A DNA stretch of 64,000 bases from the NCBI GenBank assembly GCA_964016885.1, contig OZ024741.1, positions 185,194,001 to 185,258,000 on the forward strand, in the 5' to 3' direction. This stretch comes from Eledone cirrhosa (Eukaryota). The notes under the pieces are model-generated. The model was not told where the DNA came from, searched no databases, and saw only the letters and a program-made list of their open reading frames with translations. The stretch's first letter is position 1. Each line of letters opens with the position of its first letter. Below, piece after piece: positions 54,877 through 64,000 of the stretch. A program made the translations under genes and the position numbers.

Positions 54877-57198
54877 ATGGAAAAACACTACCTGGATATG
54901 TCACTCAAAAACATACCAACCCAAGGTAGAAAGGAATATTTATTGAGCATGATTCAAAAAACTAATGAATTCATTCGACGTGTCAGGTGGAAAACGCTCC
55001 ACTATGATAGAAGCCGTATGAACTCAACATTAGAAAGTGGTGTAAACAAAAAATTCGGTTTTAGGACTTGTAAAAACCCACCCACCAACCCACTATTAGA
55101 TGCATTTGAGCAGGACCTTATGAACTTAATCCTTAAAATTAAATTCAAAGGACGCAACACCAACAGCAAATTACAGAAAGATATAAAAAAACTACTGGAC
55201 GACCTTAAAAACACCAAAGGAATTGTAGTAAAAGCGGACAAAACATCAAACCTGTACACTATGGATTGCACTACATACAACAACTTCATTCGAAAAGAAT
55301 TACATAAAAAATATAGAAAAACGAGTGAAGTAACCCTTAAGCACATCAATGATGAGGCATGCGAAATAGTGAAAAATCTCGGAATCGAAGATAGGACAGG
55401 ACCACTCTTACCGGCGGTACCCACTTTCAATCTTAAGGACCACAAGGTAAACTTTGATAATGACCCTAAAATTAGATTAATCTGCCCCTCTAAATCAGAT
55501 ATAGGTAAAATAAGCAAATATATCTTAGATAGAATCATCCCCCAAATTAAGGCTAAGGTTAACATTAAACTCTGGGGGAAGACCCAAGAAGCAATAAGAT
55601 GGTTTAATAGCATTAGCAATAAGAATAAATCTAAGTTTATCCAGTTTGATATCGATGAATATTACTCATCGATATCACCTGAAACTTTGAATAGAGCCAT
55701 TAAGTTTGCTAAGGATAACTCCGACCTTACAAACGATGAAATTAAGATTATATTAGAAGCTAGGAAAACTATAGTCAAATTTGAGAACAGTTATTGGGTA
55801 CGTAAAGATAGACCCTCTAACTTTGACATAACAATGGGCTCTAACGATTCGGCGGAAATAACTGATATTGTGGGGTTATTTATCGCCTTTAGACTCCAGG
55901 AAAAATTCAGCAATCTCCACGGCGGAATATACCGCGACGATGTTCTCCTCCTAGCTAAAAACCTTAATAACCAAAAACTAGAAAAACTACGCAAAGATAT
56001 AAGAAAACTACTACTCGAAATAGGACTAACTATAACATATGAATACAACCTTAAAGTAGTTAACTTCCTGGATGTCACACTCAATTTAAACTCTGGTTTG
56101 ATTAAACCGTTTCATAAATTGAATGAAAATCTCAAATACGTAAATGTTGGGTCTAACCACCCCATCTCTATAATTAAATCTATCCCTAAAAATATTTCCC
56201 TTAGAATCTCGGGTCTATCTTCTAACATACAAGTATTTAAGGAACACGCCGAGTACTACGATAACGCCCTTAGTAAAGCAGGCTACCTCAACAAAATAGA
56301 GTACATAGATGGGAACAATCAAAACACCCAAAATAAATCCCACATAGGTAGATATAATAACACAACACCAAACCACACTTACTACCATAGTATGCACACC
56401 AGTAAACCAACAAACAAAACTAATAGAAAGCGATGCAAAGAGTACTTATGGTATAACCCCGAATACAATAGCTCCATTAGTACAAATTTACCAGTACTCT
56501 TCTTTAAAATAATTAAAAGACATTTTCCCACATCACACAAATACCACAAAATCCTAAACCCTACCACTATAAGACTGTCATACTCTACAGCGTTAAACCT
56601 TGAACAACACATAAAAAAGATCAATACTAGAAGGTTAAACGAAAACACTAAGAACTTAAGTACAAAGAACCCCCAAAAAACAGTAGACAATACACTACAG
56701 AACATAAATAAACCACACCTAAGTTCGTCCGCAATACTACTCCAGAGAAAACCCAACGTACACAACTGTAACTGCACCTATCCTGACAACTGCCCCCTCG
56801 GCAATAACTGCCTGGAAAAAAATATTATTTATAAGTGTACCATTAAATCCGGAGGCAACGAGTGGTATTACGTGGGATCAACGGCAACATCGTTTAAATC
56901 TCGATTGTATAGGCATTCTTACTCAATAAAACACCAGAGCCAAAGAAATGTAACAACTTTAGCAGAGAAAGCTTGGACGCTCAGGGATAGCAATCAAAAG
57001 TTTACCCTAAAATGGGAAAAATTAGCTAAAACCCAAAGCTTTTCCAGGAGCCAAAATTTCTGCAAATTGTGTAATCTTGAGATTTATTACATAATCACAC
57101 ACAAGAAGAAACTGCTGAATAACAGAATTGAACGAACATTATTCTGCCGTCACAGAACTAAAACCCTTTTTTCCCACTACAAGCCGAATATTACATAA
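54877..57198 (+). CDS. Penelope-like reverse transcriptase + GIY-YIG endonuclease, 773 aa
   Basis: Same protein as 50742-53063 except two residues (GIVDR/GIEDR and AFGLQ/AFRLQ). Confidence 0.95.
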   Translation: MEKHYLDMSLKNIPTQGRKEYLLSMIQKTNEFIRRVRWKTLHYDRSRMNSTLESGVNKKFGFRTCKNPPTNPLLDAFEQDLMNLILKIKFKGRNTNSKLQKDIKKLLDDLKNTKGIVVKADKTSNLYTMDCTTYNNFIRKELHKKYRKTSEVTLKHINDEACEIVKNLGIEDRTGPLLPAVPTFNLKDHKVNFDNDPKIRLICPSKSDIGKISKYILDRIIPQIKAKVNIKLWGKTQEAIRWFNSISNKNKSKFIQFDIDEYYSSISPETLNRAIKFAKDNSDLTNDEIKIILEARKTIVKFENSYWVRKDRPSNFDITMGSNDSAEITDIVGLFIAFRLQEKFSNLHGGIYRDDVLLLAKNLNNQKLEKLRKDIRKLLLEIGLTITYEYNLKVVNFLDVTLNLNSGLIKPFHKLNENLKYVNVGSNHPISIIKSIPKNISLRISGLSSNIQVFKEHAEYYDNALSKAGYLNKIEYIDGNNQNTQNKSHIGRYNNTTPNHTYYHSMHTSKPTNKTNRKRCKEYLWYNPEYNSSISTNLPVLFFKIIKRHFPTSHKYHKILNPTTIRLSYSTALNLEQHIKKINTRRLNENTKNLSTKNPQKTVDNTLQNINKPHLSSSAILLQRKPNVHNCNCTYPDNCPLGNNCLEKNIIYKCTIKSGGNEWYYVGSTATSFKSRLYRHSYSIKHQSQRNVTTLAEKAWTLRDSNQKFTLKWEKLAKTQSFSRSQNFCKLCNLEIYYIITHKKKLLNNRIERTLFCRHRTKTLFSHYKPNIT

Positions 57199-57513
57199 AA
57201 GAGGGACATCCCCCAACTATATAAACCTTAATCTAGTTAGAAAAATATAAAAACAATCTCTTTTCAACATATATTAATAACCTTAAATTACCATACTAAT
57301 AATGAAAAGATATGCTGATGAGAATAGGTACAAATATGCGATAATGAATGTGTCTAAAAACGTCCATAAGTATGTATATATATGTGAAAATGTATATAAA
57401 TAAGTAAATATATATATATGTTTGATGTGTATAGTTAGATGTAAGTGTATTCATGTATTAAAGTGCTTATATATATATATATATATGTGTGTGTGTATAT
57501 GTGTGTATATATG

Positions 57514-57558
<45 letters not shown>

Positions 57559-58412
57559 GTATATGTATATATGTATATATATATGTGTATGTATGTATGT
57601 GTATATGGATGTGTATGTATGTGTATGTGTGTACACATGGACTAGAGTATGTATGTATATATGTGTGTGTCTATACGTGTGTATATATAAAGATAAGTTG
57701 AGTATGAAAATGTATACACATGAGCGCGTATGTATGTACATGAATACATGTGTGTATATATATGTGTATGCATGTGTATATATATGTAAGTATGAATATG
57801 TGAATTGTGAGTATATGTATTTTGTAGAGGTGTGCAAATATATTTGTGTGTGAATGCGTGGGTGAAAGAATACGTACACTTGAAAGAAAAATTTAAGTCT
57901 GAATGTTAAGTGCAAACACAAAACCAACCACGCATATCTTTACTATCTCTAATCCTTCTATAGATTTAGAAAAATAACCAATAATATATTCTATAAAAAA
58001 TGTCAAAACAACAGATGGGAATCTAATTAATCACTGCCACCAAGAATTCTCACTGCTATCGAAAAACCACTCCTTCAACTATTCTTCTAACAACTTCACC
58101 CCTTCCTCCTAATATTCTCTATAAAAACTAAATAGGTCCTCAGTAATATTATTCTGATGAAATGACAGTAAACAATAACATTGAAATATTGAATGTCTGC
58201 ATAACTAAAAGTTTGTAGATAGCTGTTTTAGGTTATGTAACTGTTATAGAAACACGTGTCAATAAATTCCTTTCAACTAAACTGTATCCATTCAAATCTT
58301 TCTATTTTTCTCCGGATTACTTTTGGAACTACAACTGGAACCGTCGAGCAAACTCTACGTGAGCTGATAATCTACTGTGTGTAATACTTATATTACAACA
58401 CAACGGAAAAAA

Positions 58413-58614
<202 letters not shown>

Positions 58615-58649
58615 GCTCCTTTCTTTTTCAATATAGATACACTCGTGAA

Positions 58650-58960
58650 GACGCATGGCCTAGTGGTGAGATCATTGGGCTTGCAATTGAAAGGTTGTGA
58701 GTTCGATTCTCGGACCGGTTCATGGGTTCTGTCCTTGAACAAGACCTTTTATTTCACGCTGCTCAAGTTCACTCAGCTGTAAAAATGAGTTGAGACGTCA
58801 CTGATGCCAAGCTGTATCGGCCATAGCCTTTCCTTTGGACATCATCGGTGGCGTGGAGAGTGGAGGCTGGTATGCACGGGTGACTGCTGGGCCACAAAAC
58901 AACCATGCCCGGAGGGAAACTTTCTATGTGCAAATCATATGGTTATTCGTGACCCACGGT
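58650..58960 (+). mobile_element. tRNA-derived SINE (family B), near full length
   Basis: A box tggcctagtgg, B box gagttcgattctc, core gtccttgaacaagaccttttatttcac..ctcagctgtaaaaatgagt. Confidence 0.8.
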
Positions 58961-59899
58961 TGCCTCGATATACATTCATAGATACCCCCCCCCCTACCCC
59001 CACTTATATATATATATATATATATGTATATACTCTGCACTGTATAGTATATATATATATTTATACTCTGCTATGTATTGAGTACCTTACTTACTGTGGT
59101 TACCCCCCGATTTAACCCAGGATATCTCATATATATATATATATATACGATATTAAACAAATGGAAACTATATTTATAAAACCATATTTATTTCATTATA
59201 CATATTTCGGGAATATTTCAGATAAAATACAATATATAAACATTTTATAAATAATTTTGACATACCATAAATATTGACCAACCGTTATGTAAAAAGCTGG
59301 TTTGGTAGTGAGATGTTTACAAATATTTAAGTGTATTTTTGTATATATATATATATATATTAAATAGTATGGGTTGAACCCTCTAAGGAAATTCGAACCA
59401 CATTTTAGTCGGTCGGCTGCGATGTAGATGATGTATATAGATTAAGCGCTCAATGACATGCATAAATGGTACACGACGGCTTTAAATAGTATTAAATATA
59501 TCGAAGGCCATATCCAGTAGCATTTAGGTTTATTTTTATCTCCATGAAATATATTTTGTTGAGCACTAATGAGAGATAATTTTCTAATCAATACCAACAG
59601 CCTGAGCCGTTTAGATTGTATAAAAACACCTTTTACAACAATTTCGCAAACAATGTGCTCCTGCATTGTTTTCGTTTGGTGGTTTCACATTTTTCGCCTG
59701 CCAGCCACACGGCATGCGATCACTGCAATATAATGAACAGCGGAGAAGGGGAATCAGAGGTGACTGTCCTAGAACGGTGTGCATTCCAGAAGGACATTAA
59801 ACACACAAGAATTAATTAGGTAAATGTGGGATCAACTGTGATAATTTGACCGAGATTTTGTTAACTTTCTGCACTAAGACTAAGATATGTATGTATATA

Positions 59900-60428
59900 T
59901 GTCAGGTCGCTCTTGAGTGCCGCTGGTAACATGTAACCCAGTACATCCTCTCTCATTGTCGAGTTGTTGGCGACTAAACCGGCAAGTTAACTAAACTTGC
60001 TTGGTGAGGAGGGTGAAATTTGGACACCCTGCACGATGAAATACAAGACCCGGCGAAGGGCGGAGCAACTCAGCAGATTCAACGCCCATCCAAATAGTAC
60101 TTTTTTTTTTTCACCTGGGAGTGAAAGGCCCCCAGTTGTTGTCACAACACCTTTCTTGGAGAGGGAAACTCGGAAAATAAAACCCTGCTGCTTCGGAAGC
60201 ATCCAATGATGTTGACCAGTTCTCCTCTTCAGGTAGTGTTTTCGATGCTCAGAGAACGCGATTGGTCGAGTGCAAGACCTTTCCCCATTTAAAAAACATT
60301 CAAAACACAGGCATAGCTTGTTCAGGATCTGTTACAGGTTCGTGTGACTGGCCGTAGCCTAAAAGTGCACCAAACTCTATAATCCTCCAAGCAATTGCAG
60401 TACTCTTAGCAGAGTTTGCAGCCATCGT
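59900..60428 (+). mobile_element. Non-coding interspersed repeat homologous to 1162-1692, flanked by (TATG)n
   Basis: Same similarity as described for 1162-1692. Confidence 0.7.
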
Positions 60429-61450
60429 GTATGTATGTATGTGTGTGTGTGTGTGTGCATGTATGTATACCTGTATGTATGTATAGTAAACATCCAACGG
60501 GATGAAAAGTAACCCGTCAAAGGAGAGAGTCACTCATGAGAGACAACGATCATTCATGTGTGTGTGTGTGTATATGTATATAATTTGTGTGTAGCTGTGA
60601 TTGTGTTTTTACTTTATTACCTTTTACAATCATTTATCCTTTAACTCTTTCAGATTTTTAAACTTTCAAACTTTTAAGTGGATTGGGAATCACTTCGTCT
60701 ACGAATATAGAAATAAGCTGACAAAGACAAAATCGAGTTTGGCCCACATAAGTTTTCTTTAACTATGTAAACATTCACAGGTTCTTTTTGACACTTAAAT
60801 TACATAAATAAATTTTAGTAACCTAACCCTTATATGACCTAGGATACACGATTTAATTTATAGTATATAAAAATGTATTTGCCCAAATTGTAATTGAACA
60901 CTAACTATTGAAAATTCGGACGTCCTTTCATACACCACCCATAAAAAGGTTGCACCGCCATAAACGGTCTTTTTTCTACTGTTAAGTGATATTTGAAAAA
61001 CACACGGTATACGTTCAAATAAACGTGCTACGGAATATTAACCTTTTGTAAGTATATTGTAATTGTGTTTGCATACATAAACTCAAATTATAGCACGCGT
61101 ACTTCTATCTTATGCATTACACATTTTTGGATTTAAATCTCGTTGAATACCGCTAAACATGAAGGCTTTTCGCTGTCTTGCTTATGAATCTATCTCTCAT
61201 ATTCTTTTACTTTTATGTCTGATATTTGCTGATTTGCTTTACCTGGTATTTCGGGACAGGCGTTCTGATATGTTTTCCTGGAGAAATTTGTGATATGCGA
61301 TTGCAATATTTGTTGATTAATTAATTAATTTATTAAATAATCTGCAAGTTATTATTGATATCAAATTACATTTTGTTAATTCCAAACGGAAGAGTAGAGA
61401 ATAAGAGAATAATAAAATGATTTGTATTATAATCTCTGCATACACATATA

Positions 61451-61535
<85 letters not shown>

Positions 61536-61630
61536 TTGGTAAGAACCAGAGATTGTATTTCAAATCCTTTTATTATTCTCTACTTCCGTTTCGAATCAAC
61601 AAAATATAATTGCTAATATCAATAATAACT

Positions 61631-61677
<47 letters not shown>

Positions 61678-62147
61678 GTGTGTGTGTGTGAGTGTGCGCG
61701 TGCATGTGTGTCTGTATGTGTGTATGTGTGTAAGCATGTGTATGTGTGTAACTATGTGTGAGTGTGTAACCAAACCGAATTTAATACGTTAACAGTCTTC
61801 GAACACCACCGTTTGCGAGAGATATTCAAGTACTGGGCACATATTAGTAAATATAATACATGAATTAATAATATTGCATCACAACTAATGCACTTTAATG
61901 CATGCACACGCCCCAACATTCAAATAAGGCACCCGTCTAGCTAATACTATCATTTCGCATACACTTCTAAAATTAAATCCTATCATCTTAACTTACTCAC
62001 ATATCAGTTAGTTCTGTTTAAATTCTAAGTGGATTTATTCACTAAGGCGAAGTGAGCATCGGGTCATTATTAAATTCAAAATGGAAAGGAACGTGTCTAA
62101 GTATTGCTAGGTGATAATCTTGAAATGAAGTGTTATTATATATCACC

Positions 62148-62350
62148 ATGGATTGGCAGTATCGGTAGAGAGTTGAACACCGTGCTTTGCAGCATAGAGT
62201 TACGGCCCTTTACAATCTGAGTTCAAATATCGCCGAGGTTAACTTTGCCTTTAATCCTTACCGGGTCGATGAAATAAAGCACCATAACGTTCTGGGGTCG
62301 ATTTAATGGACTTTCCTTTCCCCCCAAATTACTGGCCTTGTGCCTATACT
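62148..62350 (+). mobile_element. tRNA-derived SINE (family A)
   Basis: ggattggcagtatcggtagag..tgagttcaaat..gaggttaactttgcctt..ggccttgtgcc. Confidence 0.85.
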
Positions 62351-63107
62351 ATATATCATCGTATATCACCATACTAAATACTTTACTAAATAACAAGACT
62401 TCGAGAAATCTCTACGAACTCACGCGATGTGTTAGAAAAAGCACCAAAATCTTCCCTGAGTCAATCCCATACCGTTTGAAAATTAATCGGATGTGTTTGT
62501 GAGTTCCCTATTCATAGGAAGTATAAGGGATGGTTCCGACTGGAATGAGAATGATAATAAATCGGCTTAATCAGGTTTCACCTAGGACTAAATAACAATA
62601 ATTACAATATAAGGAAAGTTTATTTACAAGATAATAAAAAAAAAAACGATATTAAAATCAATAAAACACTTCAACACAAAGAAAATGTGTGAGCAACAAA
62701 TAACCGCAATCAAAACAACAACAAATATTATAGAAACTATTAGCGACTTAACCACACACATATATTGACATGTGAACACACGTACTCATCCACACATACA
62801 CACATGATAAATTCATACATGAAACAACGTAACAAGATGAACAGCCGATGATCGATGATCGATATACATGAAGTATTTCATGTTTCTTTGAAGCTTTTTT
62901 ATTGCATCATAAATCAATGTATAGCATAGTTTGTAATTGGATCAGTCTAACGCAAATAAAAAGTTAATTAAATACATAATTAAATAAATCAATGAAAAAT
63001 AATGAGGTAATTTGCAAACGTAAATCGTGCATTAAATAAAAATCTGGCAAAAACATTTGTAACAAATGAGACACCTCTAGAGGTAAATGAAGTATATATA
63101 TATACAT

Positions 63108-63157
<50 letters not shown>

Positions 63158-63376
63158 GAAAATTGCAAACTTGACTGTCACCACACATTATGAACCTGAA
63201 GATTGCGAAAGCATGAAAGTACTTGTTCAATTAACACTTAACATTTAATACTCTATCATACTATTTCATTATAGTACCATTATAAATTCTAAAGGATTGT
63301 AAATAAAACGAGTAAACCATACAAAGTTGGAATTCCTCTTATTAATATATATATATATATATATATATATTTACTG

Positions 63377-63503
<127 letters not shown>

Positions 63504-63567
63504 CTGCTATATATATATATAGCAGTAAATAAAGGATTATGAGTTCAAGCAATTGACTTATGTTTCG

Positions 63568-63598
<31 letters not shown>

Positions 63599-63809
63599 GG
63601 TAACGCATTGGTCCGGCACACCAAAGATGTGGGTTCGTGTCTCATGTGTGTCAATACTCATCCTTTTTTTCCACTCAGAGGATTTTAAAAAGTCCCAACT
63701 AACAGACTAATTGTATGTAGTCAAATACGGCGTAAGCACATGTTTCTACCTACTTTTTAAATTCACTACCCATTTGTAAACAAAGCCTGTTTTATGTCTC
63801 CCTATTTAT

Positions 63810-63841
<32 letters not shown>

Positions 63842-64000
63842 ATCTTGGTTGTCCATCGTGAACAATGATGACATCTTTATTTTAGTTCCCGTCTGCGTGG
63901 GCACGAAGGTGGCTGTGGATGCCGATCCTTGACTTGCCGGTCTGAAAAGGGCATGGTCAGCGCACCCCCCCCCTCCATCACAGCACGGCTTTGGGAGTGC

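Noticed and set aside
51163-56777. Antisense ORFs of 60-205 aa overlapping the PLE ORFs
   Set aside because: Shadow frames of the RT ORF with no recognisable motifs.
44697-58305. The idea that all large palindromes are assembly or fold-back read artefacts
   Set aside because: Arms carry substitutions, asymmetric tails and consistent hammerhead orientation, and older diverged examples exist. It cannot be fully excluded without raw reads, especially for the apparently identical arms at 48502-49549.
58650-58725. tRNA-like A and B boxes
   Set aside because: SINE head followed by a SINE core; no complete cloverleaf.
59442-59819. Possible host exon or transposase remnant
   Set aside because: No recognisable motif or supportable splice structure.
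59900-60030. Possible HDV-like or twister ribozyme at the start of the (TATG)n-associated repeat
   Set aside because: I could not build a consistent pseudoknot in both this copy and the 1580-1692 copy by eye.
63530-63575. Half-hammerhead GAAAC-AUAA-GUC on the minus strand (similar partial motifs near 11200, 20520, 31560 and 40540)
   Set aside because: The CUGANGA half or the stems are missing or decayed; not counted as ribozymes.

Overview
AT-rich, microsatellite-saturated animal genomic DNA with no recognisable host gene. The SINE content suggests a cephalopod such as Octopus; that is an inference. The window is dominated by retroelements. (1) A young pair of intact Penelope-like elements (PLEs; 773-aa RT + C-terminal GIY-YIG, resembling the Hydra clade) is arranged head-to-head as a ~8.8 kb inverted/partial-tandem structure in a (TA)n tract. 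Both neighbouring DNA flanks are duplicated in inverted orientation. (2) There are four older PLE relics, a decayed R4/Dong-like RLE LINE beside (CATA)n, RTE/CR1-like LINE fragments and many tRNA-derived SINEs. (3) Most striking is a set of short non-coding elements, mostly between (TA)n tracts and often fold-back palindromes or partial tandems. By eye, these and the PLE pseudo-LTRs carry about 25 type I hammerhead ribozyme motifs from about 15 different sequence families. They include non-canonical cores (a U3-A8 swap, U4A, extra nucleotides) and very long stem II inserts. Together they look like a TA-microsatellite-targeting PLE plus hammerhead mini-retroelement (retrozyme-like) system that generates palindromes on insertion. 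All structures were read by eye; no folding, alignment or database search was run.
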